A stretch of 64,000 nucleotides of DNA from the human T2T-CHM13v2.0 reference genome, Homo sapiens, in NCBI RefSeq assembly GCF_009914755.1, contig NC_060944.1; one strand, given 5' to 3'. The position numbers were made by a program, and so were the translations under genes. The notes beneath the pieces were generated by a model. It was not told the DNA's origin and did no database searches. It saw only the letters and a list, made by a program, of their open reading frames with translations. The number at the start of each line of letters is the position of its first letter. Position 1 is the stretch's first letter. Of this stretch, positions 43,321-57,925 are shown one piece after another.

Positions 43321-44034
43321 TATTAATAAGCTCTTCCCAACCTGCTCCTCTCAATTTCCATCCTTCCATCCTGGTGTGAAATATTGAAATACCTAAGAAA
43401 GATTTAAGGCAAGTTCTTAACTAGTAGGGGCTGGATTTCCAGCTCCTTATATTCTGTCTACAGAAACTGCTGTGGGCGCCGTGGTCAGACGAGATGCTTC
43501 TTCCTACGTTTGTTTATAAGTTCCTCCCAAGCATTTGGATCACTCTGGTTTCCATTTGAGTGTCTGCGGCTGAGAGCAACCATGTGAGCAAAAATAGTCC
43601 AGGGGCAAAACAAACTCAGACAGGCCGTAGTGTGCAAGGAACTGCAGCCTGAAATATCTGCATTGTCATCAGTCAGTGCTAAAAGGAGGTCAGTGATGTT
43701 TCTGGATTTGAGGCATAAGCAGGATATGGAATCTTGGAAGGTTTTATTCTATTGATATCCATGTGATTTGGGGGTTTTTGCTAATAGTTCTTGCTGCTAA
43801 CTTTGACTGCCAGAGTAAATAACAGTGGCCAAGGAAAAAAGACTTCTGGAGCTCATTTAAAGAAAAATGAAAAGAGTTTTTTCCTGCCAACCTGGGCTTC
43901 ATCTTTCAACCCACAATTAAGAGAGATTAAGACTGAGACAGATATACTTCAATCTGGTGGACAGTTTGTAAAAGAGGAGTAGTCATTTTCAATTTAATTT
44001 TTATGTATTGGTCTTGATGACTGACCTGATGATT

Positions 44035-44230
44035 ATCATATTATTGGGTGTTTACTATGTGCCCCTCTTTAATTATGTCATTTAGTTCCCTCCAACAATA
44101 CTTACAAATAAATGCTATTACTGACCCCAATTTGCAGATAGGAGAACTGATGGATAAGCTATAAGTGGTTTGCCGTTCATATATGGTTGGCATGTAGGGA
44201 AAATGAAGATGGATCTGAACTTCAGGAAAG
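44035..44230 (-). mobile_element. MIR
   Basis: tattgggtgtttactatgtgcc...ccccaatttgcagataggagaactga. Confidence 0.7.
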
Positions 44231-44689
44231 CTGCATCCGAGCAACGTGCCTAGTAGTTACCCAACATTTTTATTAATCTATCCTTAGTTTCTTACAATAC
44301 TTTACTTTTTCCCTTTTTCATGAGGCTACTCTGAAAATACCTGGGATCTAGATTAGAGAGTACAGAAAAATCAGTCATTGACATGGCTGTTAAAGTTTGA
44401 GGGATTTCAATGGTTTCTGCCAACACTATCATCAATAAATGCAGATAATCAGGAACTGATTCTATCCTAATTTATATAGCCATCTTACTATTTCTAAGAC
44501 ATATTTCCCTTTAATGTTTTTCCATTCAGAAAAGTAATTTCTGAGATTTAGAGACACACCGTCTTCTGAGGAACTCCACAATCTTTATACCAGATTTTTT
44601 TGGTATATAAAACTTGGTACCTGTTTGACCTTAGAAATGGCCTGTAGGCTAAATAATAGGATGAAGATGTCAGGGAGGAAGGGGATGCC

Positions 44690-44925
44690 GCCTAGCATAG
44701 TGATGATGATGACTGGCTATGACACCACTAACCAAGTCCAAATATTGATTTTAACACTAATTTTTGCCTTTGGCAAGTTAAGTAGCCCTTCCATGCCTCA
44801 GTTTCCTTACCTGTAAAATGAGTGTAATAACCGAGCGTGCTTCATGGAGTTATGAGGTTTATAATGGGCATTTTAAGCATTTTAAATCATGTTTTTTACC
44901 AGTACTCAATACAAATTAGATATTT
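44690..44925 (+). mobile_element. MIR
   Basis: cctttggcaagtta..tgcctcagtttccttacctgtaaaatgag. Confidence 0.8.
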
Positions 44926-45661
44926 TTACTCATTCTTAAAGGTGTGACACTTCGGTGACACTAAAGTCACCAGGGGTAGATTGTGTGTACTTTCTGAAAA
45001 AAATATTCTAGAGTTTTGCTTATCAGTGATATAAGGTTTTCTGTGTTCCATGCATTTAATTTCGTATGTAGTTGGCATTGCCTTACTGCAATTAGGCAGG
45101 TTGGAAAAATAGGTGTCATTCATTTTCAGCATCTCCTTCTTCCTCCCTCTGTGCATACAATTTGTCACTCAAACTTATAGACCATCCCTCTATTGTGACT
45201 CTGAAATTCCCTCCTTTCTGTTCACCAAGTTGAAACTACTTGGCATCTAGTGCAAACCAGTGTCCTCATACCCCCACCTCCTGCCCCCACATGGATACAC
45301 CCCTCACTCAAAGCCTCCTGGCAGCTGTTCCATACCAGATTCCTTTGCCATCTCAGCTGCCTTCTGCAGTTTCTTCAGATGCCCTAACTCCAGCCATAAC
45401 TTTGTCTCTTCTATTCACTTTCGTGGCCCTTTCATTTCTTAGCAAATTCTTATTTCCCACCTGTACTTGAGGTCCTTCAGCCTTTGCATTATCCCCCACT
45501 TCCAGAGTTTGCCCCCATTATTAATATTAGTAATAATTTCACATTTCCTTTGCTCTTCACTCAGAGCTTTGGGACAGGCCTAGCTCTCTGAAATCCAGCG
45601 TTACTCAGAGTTATGGTCCCTAACCTTGCCAAGATGGGAATATGCAACATTTTCTGTTAGA

Positions 45662-45815
45662 CCAGTGTCTTTCATACTCTACTCTTCCAGGGATTTGACT
45701 GAAACAGGAGATTCTAGGTTCGTAGGTCTGGGATGGAGCCTGAAATTCTGTGTTTTTAACAAACTCCCAGGTGATGCAGCAGCTGCTGCTGTGAGTATCT
45801 CCTAGAGAACCTCTT
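45662..45815. mobile_element. MER5A-like
   Basis: gtaggtctgggatggagcctgaaattctgtgtttttaacaaactcccaggtgatgc. Confidence 0.7.
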
Positions 45816-47383
45816 AATGTTTCTCTCTCTGCCTTTCACCCTCACTTCTCCATTGGCTCTGCTGCCAGAGCTGTTCCCTTAAATAATTCTGCTTAGTTAT
45901 TGTTAATGGCTCCCCATGGCTTATAGAAACAATCCAAACACATGTGCAGAGCATTCAAGGCACGCTAATTGAAATTCTACTGAATATTCAAGGACCAGAT
46001 AAATATTAATAACAACTCCTCCGAAACTGAGCTCTACTCCTTGTCAGCCTTCATCATCCCTCTGCACACAGGTTCCTACTTTGCACCTCTGCATTGCCCT
46101 TTCATTCCTTTGCATGGATTCATAGATGCTAGGTGTTTGTTCATCCCTCCACTCTGAAGAGCTCATTGAGCATCCCCCACAGTCCCAGAATAAGCGAAGA
46201 GCTGGGGGTATAGCCAACATTCACTAAGTGCCTGTTCACATGAATTGTGTTAGACTTTGAGTAACCAGGGCAAGGCCACAGGGGTTGATCCAGCAATGGA
46301 GTCCAGGGAAATGATCATGATGAAAGGTTTTGTTATAAACCAATTAAAAAAAAACTGGGGAAGAGGTCAGTTGTAAATAATAGAGCTATGCATACCAGAT
46401 GCAGAACTGAGAGGAAAAAGCACTAAGCCTCAACATTGAAAATTTTAAGCACTGATTGAAAATTACTACCAGCTTCCTTCTTTGGCAGATGGTATTGCTT
46501 GAAAAGTGTTGTTTCTATGACAACATGGATCTGAGAGAAATATATCATTAATATCTGGGTGTTAGATTTGAGGGTTGGTGGGACATTGTTGATTCTGTCT
46601 TCATGGTTTTATGAGAATATTTACCCAAGATTTTGAATCCCTTTCTTTTTCTGTCTTTGATAAATTCTTAGAACTCTGTGGGCAATAATTCATTACTTTA
46701 AGGATGGGTGAAGATCCATTTTTTTCCCATTATAATCTGCTTTAATTACTTATTTAATTATGCTTATAAAATGTAAAGTTACAATTTTTTAAAGCATTAC
46801 TTATTTGTATACTAGGAAAAAGTGAACAGCTTTTACAAATGGGTTTAGTTAATATTACAATAATCCTGAATTACTGAGTCATTGGTTCAGACTCATTCTC
46901 TATGATTAATTTATAATCCCAGCAGTTAATATCTACTTTAGGAAATTAGGATTCAAGCAAGCTTTCCATTCTTAACATTCTATGGATACATTCACTGGAA
47001 GCTGCAAAGACTCCTTTAACTCAGGACTTGCATGGGGGCTGTTGTGTAGGCAAACAGTGGCTCCCAAGATCCTGTTTTATTATCTGGTTCAGCCACTAAA
47101 TAGTGTGTGATCTTAGACTGTCCCCCTTAATTCCCTGAACTTCACTTTTCTCACTTACAATAGATCTGGAAGAAATTTATTCAATCGGAAGTATGTATGA
47201 GACGCTGGTAGACCAGGGGATATGCTTCTGTGTTTAGAGTCCTGTCCTCCAGGAACTCATAAGATACACATATAAGTCGAGTAGATGAGAGGTAGAATGC
47301 AATGGGAACTTGTGAGCTAAGAAGACAGGATTTTCCTAGATTCATGAGCTCTGTGTTTATATCATATTGAATTTTTTAAATTT

Positions 47384-47698
<315 letters not shown>

Positions 47699-48078
47699 GA
47701 ACTTCTTAAATTTTATAAACTCAGAAGCATCTTTCTCATCCTGTGTTTTGGTGACTTCTGCCTATGCATAAATGTGACTTTTCTCTTTCTCTCTATAACT
47801 CTCTCCTTTGCTTTTCTACCTTTTCCTGCTTTTCTTTTAAGATTTACCTCAAGAGGACTCACATGACTAGGTCTGGACATCCATACCCTTGTCTTTGAAT
47901 TATATCTCAGCACCATATTATGGTATTTATTTATTTATTGTCATCTCACTAGATATAAACTCGTAGGACAGGGTCTTTTAAAAACCTGTGATAGTAATAA
48001 CTACTGCATAGTGGATACAATACATATGAATTAATCAGTTAATGAATTAACTAATAAGGGTCAATAATTAGTTAATTA

Positions 48079-48381
<303 letters not shown>

Positions 48382-49034
48382 CCAATAATTAGTTAATTAC
48401 CAATGCTTGATAATGTCAGTACTTTATGTCTCTCAAAATATATCTCTTTACATCTCTTAGATCCTTGTTCACAGAGTTCAAATGATTTTATAGTGATGTG
48501 CATCATATAAGGTAGAATGTGACGGTAGAATTGTTCTATTTTGTAAAAAAATTCAAATAAGATGAGTTTTGGTTTGACACTTTATTCTTATTTCATTTAT
48601 GCAGCCTTCCCTTTGCCTCTCAGCCATCTCTGACTTTGGACTCAGAGCCTTGACTGAGTCTCTGACTCCTATTTGACCCTTCTCATATCCAGCTTTGATT
48701 TTCTTTCTTTTTAATGTATGCGTAATCTTTATCAATGCTTCTGTGACCTCCCCGGCCCCCAAAACGTGTATAGTTTAATTGCTCTTTAAGAAATTTACAG
48801 CACCCTTGAATATAAAATGAATTGTTTGTTGGTTGCATGTATGTAGCCATTGAAGTGGGCAATATACCAACCTGTGGTATGTGATCAATGACACTTTGAG
48901 AAAGAATAGACACTCAGGTTTGGTGTAGTTAAGACAACCATTTGTGAGTTACTGCTTTATTTACTAAATCTCCACATACCTGAAGGATCATGGAGAGGAT
49001 GAAAGGAGCCATGTCACAGAGGTGTAATGGACCA

Positions 49035-49200
49035 GGCATTCCAACCAGGGCTACATCAGAATCACCTGGGCTTTTAAAGGTTCAGATGTCCAGACTCTTT
49101 CTCCAGAGAATCTGACTTGGGAGGTCTGGATGGAGCCATAGCATCATGGTGCGTAAAACTCCTACAGACTGCACTGAAAAAGAGGGTTGGGAAGCTCTGT
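49035..49200. mobile_element. MER5B-like
   Basis: catcagaatcacctgggcttttaaa..cagatg..ccagagaatctgactt..ggtctgg..agggttgggaag. Confidence 0.6.
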
Positions 49201-49589
49201 GGTAAACTGATGACAATTAGGAGAGATTTGTCCCAAGGACTTCGTGACTCCCTCAAGGGATGGACAAAAGTTATTGCTTTTGAAAAAGTGACCCTGAGGG
49301 CCTCCATTGTCTTTGTTTCTGAGAACATATTTTGATTTTAAAGCTGTTTGTGTGAGCTAACCAGTTTTCATGAGCACAAAAACAATGTATTAATTAAAGT
49401 CAACCATTAAGTTGAAGCAGAAATGCCAGTCTATGGACTTGTTGATTGTTGACAGATTGTAGCAGAGGAAGTAGAGCCAGTTCACAGACTATACATTGTA
49501 CCAACAGGACTAAATGAGTTGATCTTTGAAAATTCTGTAGCAGACCATTTAAATGTATTCATGGACTTTCTTAGAAAATAAGGAGGCTG

Positions 49590-49760
49590 TGTGGTCTCCG
49601 GAAAAAGAAATCAGGACCTTGGACCTCCTCCCAGGGCTGCTACTAACCACACATGTGACCTTGGGCCAATTATTTAACCTCTTGAGGTCAGTTTTCTTAT
49701 TTGCAAAATGCATGGACTATATTAATTATTCTCCAAGTCCACCCTCAATATACAATTCTA
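49590..49760 (+). mobile_element. MIR/MIR3
   Basis: tgtgaccttgggccaattatttaacctcttgaggtcagttttcttatttgcaaaatg. Confidence 0.75.
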
Positions 49761-49931
49761 TAATTTAATATAATCTAAAGAATTTTCTTATATTTCTAAA
49801 ACACCTAACAAGGTAAAGTTCTCCCTGGAAACAAAAGCCAAAAACCGAAATACAACTGGTGTTATATTTTGTCCTGAATTTCATGTATCAAGATAATTTA
49901 TGTTGGTTCACCAGTGCTTCTCAATGTGGAC

Positions 49932-49981
49932 TTCCTGCTAATACTCCGTACTTGGTTTCCTGCTAATACTCCATACTTGGT
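49932..49981 (+). repeat. 25-bp tandem duplication (ttcctgctaatactccRtacttggt)x2
   Basis: Read directly; one CpG/CpA difference. Confidence 0.9.
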
Positions 49982-50087
49982 TTAATCTCTCGGCGTTTCA
50001 GTAGTGACATTCATGGAAGAAAGATAAATCTGAATGACCCCAAATAACAGATCATTCAGTTCAGTTAAGTAAGCTTATTCTCTTAAA

Positions 50088-50595
50088 TCTTTTTCTGAAG
50101 AATAACATGCAGAGAGGTGCAAAAATTTTACCTATACAGTTTGATGATTTTTTCCAAAGTGAATGTGTCCATGTAACCAGCAGTCAAATCAATAAACAGA
50201 ACATTAAAGGTGCCTCCAGGTGCCAGCTGGCATGCTCCCTTCTAGTGACCATCTCCCATGCTCTTAAGGGTAAACTCCCATTATCCTGACTTGCAATATT
50301 ACAAGCTAGATTTCGCTTATTTTTATGCATATTTGTTTCTGTCTTCTATTGATATTATGTTTTGAAATTCATTCATATGGCAATGTGTAACAGAGATTGT
50401 TCATTCTTAGTTGTGTATAGTACTTCATTGTATGTGTATGTCACAATTTAATGTTGATTAGCATTTGGGTAGTTTCCAGTTTGAGGCTCTTACAAATCAT
50501 GCTGCTATGAACACTCATATGTCTTTTGATAACATATATCTGCATTTCTGCTGGGTGTATTCTTAAGAGAGGAATTGCTTGGTCATGAGGTACAA
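50088..50595 (-). mobile_element. L1ME-type 3' end
   Basis: tatacagtttgatgattttt..tccatgtaaccagc; catttgggtagtttccagttt..gctgctatgaaca. Confidence 0.75.
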
Positions 50596-51519
50596 TACAC
50601 TGTTCTTTGATTGCTTCATAAGAAACCGGTGTATTGCTCTGTGCTGAGGTCTTAGATATGTTCTAGCACTCAGGAGTCCAAACCATTGCTTTTGGGTTAG
50701 AAATGCATGAAAGAAACATGCACGTCTATCTGAACTACAAATAAACTTTCTGCTTAAGTCTACTTAGGCTAATGTTGAAACATTTGTTCATTCAACACAA
50801 ACCACATGGTGGCAGAAGAAGAGAGACCCTCATTACACCACATAGTAGCAATAGGAGCTGCAATGTCACAATGAGTTTTAAAAAGAATGCCTCTTTAAAA
50901 GAAAAAAAAAACAAGAAAGAAAGAAAGACATCATGTTCTGCTAATAGTCCCATTTAAAGTCATCTGGGGAGTATTAGGCACGGCGGGACTGCACTTTATT
51001 TTGCTTTGTTTTTAGTTTAACTGAGGTTGCAGACAATACACTCAAGACCTGGAACAAGGGCCCCCCACACATCAATCCCTCCAACTGATCCTGAGATTTG
51101 GTATATAAAAAGCATTATGATTCTTTCGTCCCAAGCCTCCCTGAAGGATCCAATTTTAGGCCTCTCAGAAGGTTACCTGCTCACTCTTTCCACTGTGCAT
51201 GGGGGAGCAGTTTGGCCTGAAGGACAGTTCCAATGTCTTTGTGCTACTATTATTGGAGATTTGTTTCTGCCTGAGGTCACGTCCACCTCATCAGTTAGTG
51301 GCCTGCTGGCCCTTCAATGAAAGGGGCCACTTTAGGTGATGCATTTGGGCTTAGATTTGCAGCAGATCCTGAGAAAGTCTGTGGGTGACTGAATGGGTGT
51401 CTTCAGGAAGTTGGAAAGACCTCACTTGTCTTCATCAGAGACTCAAGGAAGGTCTGGGAAGGACTAAATGAGTTATAATGCCTTTCCCTGTCAGCTTATG
51501 AAGAAGGTCCACTCCTGTT

Positions 51520-51970
51520 GTACATGTGGGGTCTTGGATGAGCTTCTCTGGAAGCAGAGCCTGAGACAGATTTGGGTGCACATGACTGCACATGACTTAA
51601 TGAGGATGAGCTTTTGTAAGACGGCAATGAGTGAAGCAGGGTAAGGCAGTGGAAGATACCACACGTGTGTCATTTTGCCTGCTTCTATAGCAGAAGGTGG
51701 AGGTCTAGAATATAAATTGCATGACCTAGAGGTTTAGGGGCCAGCATTCTGTACCCTTTGTCATTCATGTCAATTAGTCACCAGTTGTAATGTAGGCTGC
51801 CAGTGAACAGGGCATGTGCAATCTCTTAGGTAAGGACACTCCCTTTTGGCCAAGGATATTTCTTCAGAGAAGTGGGCAGCTGAGAGCCATTAGTAACCAA
51901 TAGAAGCAGGGGGATGGATACATGAGTCAGGAAAGGGAATCCAAGTGGGGATGGTAACAGCATCTGCTAT
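51520..51970 (-). mobile_element. LTR16-family solo LTR
   Basis: gaagcagagcctgagacagatttgggtgca; gggcagctgagagccattag; aacagcatctgcta; similar to 22205-22630. Confidence 0.7.
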
Positions 51971-52404
51971 ATACAAATTGTGATTCTTAGAGATCTTACT
52001 CCAGGGCATAGGAGTAGGGGAATCATTTTTTCTAAATGTTTGGTTGGTCTTACTTTATGATGGCATCTTCTGCTTGCTGATAGGTATCTGGCCAATTTTT
52101 ATCAAACTTGTTCTGGAACAAAACCTGTCCCTTCTCACCCAACTCCCAATTTCACAAACACTCTGTGCTCTTTTCCTGATTCCTAACATCACTCACCTCT
52201 TATATCCAGCTGAAAATCCACTATACTTCTCACAATCTGGCAAAATATCTCACTTCCTCTCTAAAATCCAAAGTATGTCTGTCATCTTCAGCCAAATTTA
52301 TCTCCTATGGCAGTCAGCTCCTGACACACAGTCTAACATTTAATTGCTGGTGTTGTTCACTTTTGAGATATGTTGTATTATCATCATACATAGGCTATAA
52401 GACT

Positions 52405-52830
52405 GCTTTAGGTAGGGATTCTCTAGACCATGAGACCATGAGATGAAGATTTAAGTGTAAGGATGTGATTCCAGGAAGCACTGGTAGAAAAATGTTCACG
52501 TGAGACTGGGGAGGGGAGACAAGCAATTCAAAGTACATTGCCAAGTTTACCACTGTCAATGATTGGCACATAATTCCACCAAGGACTTATGGGATAATCT
52601 TCAGTGCACATCTTAAAATTGTACCACCCAAGGGGAAGGAAGTGGGACATTTATCTTCCAACTCTTGTTCATTATTAGTGAAGGCTTCACCTGGGCAGCT
52701 AACTTTTTGGTACTACTAGAGTGTATAGGGCAACCTCCTCCTACCAGAGAACATACTTAAGCTGATAGAGGTAGGTTCTCACAATAAGAAGTCTGTGAAT
52801 GTTGAGAAGATATGGGTGGGATACCTGCCC
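52405..52830 (-). mobile_element. LTR16-family solo LTR
   Basis: gtgattccaggaagcactggtag; ttaccactgt; ccacccaaggggaagga..tttatcttccaactc. Confidence 0.65.
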
Positions 52831-53459
52831 TGAGCTTCTGGAAGACAAGAATGACATATGCATCAAATTCCTCCATTCTAGTTTACAAAGATCATGCATT
52901 AACATTCTTGTTTCACTGATATGTTGGTTGCTGATGACTGAGAAGTGGTGTAAATGTCAGTGTTAAATACAGATTTATATTAGCAGTCTTGTAAGATTTA
53001 AGGAGCCTAAGGAAGTAACTCAACAGATGAAAACTAAACTTTTCCAGGATTAAATGTCACTATATTTTTGCCACACCAATTAATGGAAGTTGTTTATCAG
53101 GAGTTTCATGAATTTGATGAGGCTGTATCACAGGTTGGATACTCAAGCAATAGTATTTGGGGAGATATTAGATATCTATGCAGTTTGGAACATCTACCAC
53201 AAAGACAAATTCTTAAATTCAACCTCTAGTTGTCACGGCACTCAATCACATTTCTCATACTCTTTCACTATGACACTTTTTTTTCCAATTTTTCTCTAAT
53301 GTTTGTGAAGTTCCTATAAACTAGTTTGGTTCTAAAAGCAGAAGTAATGTTGGGTGTCTTTCCTTTCTGTATCAATACTAACTGCACCTATTTTATAATG
53401 AAAAATCTCACAGTTTAAGTTCTGCCTGCAAACTTGCCTCTTTGAATATTGTGTTTTTT

Positions 53460-53790
53460 ATTCTTTCATGCATTCAACAAATGCTTTTCCAGTGCCTGCT
53501 CTGTGCCAGGTGCAATTGTAGATGCTTGAGATACATCATTGAACAAACATCTATTTGCTTTCAGTGGGCTTATATGGTAGATAGGGGAATAGTGTCATTC
53601 AATAAACAAAATAAATGAGTAACTAATATAGTATATGAGAATATGTTGTATTATGGGGTAACATTAGGATGGGATAGGGGTATAAGAAACATAGGTGGGT
53701 GAGTACAAATTTTTTATAAGATGGCCATTCTAGGCAATGTTGACAAAGTAGTCTAAACTAAGAAGTGAAAGAAGGGAGGTTTGCCAATCT
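53460..53790 (-). mobile_element. L2 3' end
   Basis: cattcaacaaatgctt..agtgcctgctctgtgccagg. Confidence 0.7.
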
Positions 53791-55029
53791 TTTTATCTAC
53801 ATTGGCTGGAAGCTACATTATTTCCTTTTCTGTGAAATATCTCATATGTTTTCTTTTATGTCTTCTAGTTCCTGAAATTAACCACCAAACCTCCCTTCTC
53901 CTGAATTCTCTAAGCCCATTGTTACCCATTTCCTTTCACATGTAATAATTTTGACTCTCATGACTTTTGCCTGGCTTTTTCTAACACAAATATCACTTCA
54001 CAGAAGCAAAGCCAATTCCCAAACAGTCTATATTTCCCCTACTTTTAGAGTCAATCTTATTACTTCTTTTGACATGCTTAATGTGTTCCTTTGGATGTCA
54101 ACCTTGTTTTCTTTCCTTTGCTTGGCTTAGACTATCTCCTTTTAGGAATAGAATTTCTCCTTGCTCATTTTCTTTCCCCCGTCCTTCTTCCCATGCCCAT
54201 CCCATACCAAAAAAACCACCCACATAGATAAAAACATAAGTCTACACAGTTCTTATGCTTAATTTAGCTGATTCCATGTGTTTTGATGCACACGGGACCA
54301 AGTGCCACTTATGACTTCTTTCCAAACTAAATGACTGCTTCTTCAAGGAACATTTCTAAAACATGATCACAGTTTGTCCTCAAGCTTTTTTGGGGGATGG
54401 GGTGGGTACATTTCTAAGGAATCTAAGCAATGCAAAGATTGCATTTTTCTAGAATGTCCCAAATGAAATGCCTTTTCCTGCCTAATCATGCTCTGTCAGA
54501 TGCTACAGACATTTGGTTTCTTCTTGTGGGATCTCTACCCAGTATATTGCTTTATTCAACTTTATATTTATCGATTTGTCCTCTCTGGTCTTCAACAGAT
54601 ATATTGCATATTTATAGATAATGAGGAATTCATTATTTCAGAACCCAAATATGAGAAATTTATCTGAATTCATATCGAGTTATTTTTCTTGTAAAAACAA
54701 CAGAGTAAAACTATTTTTGCTTTCTCCTGCTTTCCAAACATATTTAGGACCAGGAACAAGTTTTGTTACATTTGTAACTCATTGGAGCTTTACTTTATGA
54801 CTTAAGTAAAATATAAGTGAATTTATTTTTGTAAGATCCAGAATAAATTTATGTTACATAATTTTTGTAAAAGCTGCATATACATTAGGTTTGGATAATC
54901 CAAATCCTATTTTAAATGTACAAAATAGCCCAATGTACAGGAAATTTATCTTGTCTACAAATAATTCTTTTAAAAATTAATGTTCAACTACTCTATGGTC
55001 AAATACTTCAAGTTGCTTCCTTCTCCTTC

Positions 55030-55272
55030 TTCTTTTTTCTTTCTTTTCTTCTTTTTTAAGATAGGGACTTGCTCTGTGCCCAGGCTGGAGTTCATTGGCA
55101 TAATCATGGCTTACTATAACCTCAACACCTAGGCTCAAGCAATCCTCCTACCTCAGCCTCCTGAGTAGCTAGGACTACATTAATGCACTGTCCAGTTATT
55201 TTATTTGTTTGTTTGTTTGTTTGTTTGTTTGTTTGCTTTTGTAGCGACAGAATCTCACTATGTTTTTTAGGC
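55030..55272 (-). mobile_element. partial AluJ (right arm plus (TTTG)n linker)
   Basis: ctaggctcaagcaatcctcctacctcagcctcctgagtagctaggactaca. Confidence 0.85.
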
Positions 55273-56419
55273 TTTCTTCTTTTTATTTGATTTCAAATTA
55301 GGTAGCCTAAAACAGTGATGAGACCACCAATACATTTTTTTTTTCATTTTGACATATTTATAAGTAATAAAATACAATTCATCAGAATGTATAACTCTGA
55401 ATTATTTTTATATTCTTTATCCTTCAATTGTCCTGAGGATTTTATGACCTGTCTGGTGAATTTCAAGACTTGCCACTGTGGAGTGGCAAGGAGTAGAGTT
55501 TGGCCACAGAAGTGATCCAAACCACATGAAGAATGTGCATTAACCCAAACACCTCTAACTAGACATGTTCACATGTCCAGACATTGAGTCCAGACTTGGA
55601 CTCTGTAAAATATTGGATGCAACGGCTTAACTGGTTTAAGCTAAATCTCCTCTTGAGATTTCCACTGCAGTTGGAAAGATTCACAAAGAAACAATAAAGC
55701 TTTTTGGTTGTTGTCTGGCCTTAAAATCAGAGAACACTGAGGTTTTTTTTTCTTTTTGTTTCTCCGGTTTTTGTTTGTTTGTTTTTTTGTTTGTTTTGTT
55801 TTGTCTTTTTGTTCTTAGAGAGAAGGACTCATTGATATATTTCCCAAACTCTTTTCCTGCTGCCCAACCTACCCTAAACAACAAAATCCAGGGGAAACTA
55901 AAAAGGCCTGAATCCCATTTTAAACTACCTGAAATTGAATTTTTTTGTTACCAAAAAAAAAAAAAAGAAGAAAACAAACAAAAAAAAAACATTGGCGATC
56001 TGTATTTTTGTCTCTGGATTTGGGAAGCCTGGACTGAAAAAGTGGTCATTTATTAATTGGTATTAGAGTTACATTTTTATCTACTAAGGGATGTGGACTA
56101 GAGAACAAACTGGGGCAATGATTAAGATGTATTTGCTTAATTGAAATCAGAGAACCTCCTAGAATTTTGAATATGAATCCATATCAGAGCCTTAAAGGTG
56201 TATAATGCTAGTATTATAGACATATATTTTTCTTTGACTATATTGAAGAAATCATAAGTTCAAACCCAAAGAAATGCACAATTCTAAAACTATAGCAATA
56301 ATTATTATTAATAGTCCACCAAGAGCATCCTGATATTTATGGCTGCCTGTGCTCCCTGGCTCCTGAGCACTTCTGTTTTAGCAGACACAACTTAAGAAAT
56401 TAATCAGTAGGTTAGGATT

Positions 56420-56880
56420 TTTCTATGTGCTTCTCTCACTGGGTAACTGGCCATAAAAACATGGACATTCTTAAATTCCCTTGGGGCTTGTCTTTCTCCA
56501 TTTGTGAAATGGGACAAATACAACTTCATTTTGTCTTTAAAGTAATGATTAAACAAAATGAAAACGAAGTGGCTATTGTACAAAGAATCTCTCTCAGTAT
56601 AAAGTGTCTTTATTAGCAGGCCTGTTTTGAGGGTTAAAAAAAAAAAAGCATTATGATGCTGAGAAATCCAAGGTCCTTGGTCCAAATCCCAGGCCCATTG
56701 CATCTTTTATTATTTGTTCCAATCATCTGTGTAAGTCCTTTCTTATCTCAGAACTTCCATCCTCTCCATTGTTCACTGAAGTGAGTAAAATCTACTTTTA
56801 TCTCATATTTGTGAAAATCAAGTAAAAAATATGAATAGAAGCATGTTGTAAAAGGCAATGAGCCCACTTACCTAAATGAT
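56420..56880 (+). mobile_element. two MIR fragments
   Basis: tctttctccatttgtgaaatggga; gtaagtcctttcttatctcagaac..ttgtgaaaatcaagt. Confidence 0.5.
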
Positions 56881-57254
56881 TGTTGCTGTTACTTTAGTTG
56901 TTTTTGTTGATATCATTATTATTATTATTGCTGAAAAATAAAATGGTGAAGTCATCCTGGATCTGGAAGTTTGGGAGATACTTTGCATCCATCTGAGGAG
57001 GATATAGCAACAGTGTTCAGGTAAAAAATAATTACAACTGCATAAAAATATCTCTTTAAATATTAATTTTGAAATTTATGTTCTTACTTGTTCATCTTTT
57101 ATAAAATCTCTCTTGAATGATTGTACTTATTAAACAAATAAATAAGTGAATGAATGATTCTACATGCTGCTTAAATGTTTTTAATTACTCTATTATTTTG
57201 ATCAGTGTTTTGCCTACATTCACTTAACCTGTATACATTTTACCCATATAAAAA

Positions 57255-57925
57255 TGTGGCTTGATGGTATTCCCAGCTGACTGGATAAAATGAAAAAGAC
57301 AAACAATATCAAGTATTGATGAGCCTTCCAACGTCTTACATGCTGTTTGTGGAATGTAAATTGATACAGATCCTTTGGAAATTGGGGAATGTTTGCTACA
57401 GGTGAACATATGAATTCACCAAAAACTAGTAATTCTACTACAAGGATTAAATATCCCCTCAGAAATGCATATATTTGTACACCATACAAGAATGTTCATA
57501 GAAGATTTATTCCAATAGCCAGAAACCTGAGGCTACTCTGACACTTTTCAACAGTTTCTTGGATAAAGAAATTGTGGTATATTCATACAATGGTAAACTA
57601 TGTAGTGATGACACTGAACGTACTACAACTATCCAATGACATGGGTGAATTTCACAAACATAATGTTGAACAGAAGTACCCAATCATAAGAATATATAAC
57701 ATGTGTTTCCATTTGCATGAAGTTCAAAAGCAGGCAAAATGACCTCATGGTGTGAGAATTCAGGGTTGCGGTTACCTTTGGAAACATGGGCTGTGATAGT
57801 GACCAGAAGCCATCATAAGCATAGCTTTTGGGACATTAGCAACTCTGTCTTGATTGACGTCTTGGCAATTTATGAATGTGATCTCCATGTGTGAGAATTT
57901 TCCAAGCTTTATGCTTAATTTGCAT
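57255..57925 (+). mobile_element. L1ME/L1MC-type 3' end
   Basis: gaatgtaaattgatacag; gaatgttcatag; ataaagaaattgtggtatattcatacaatgg; gaagttcaaaagcaggcaaaa. Confidence 0.8.
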
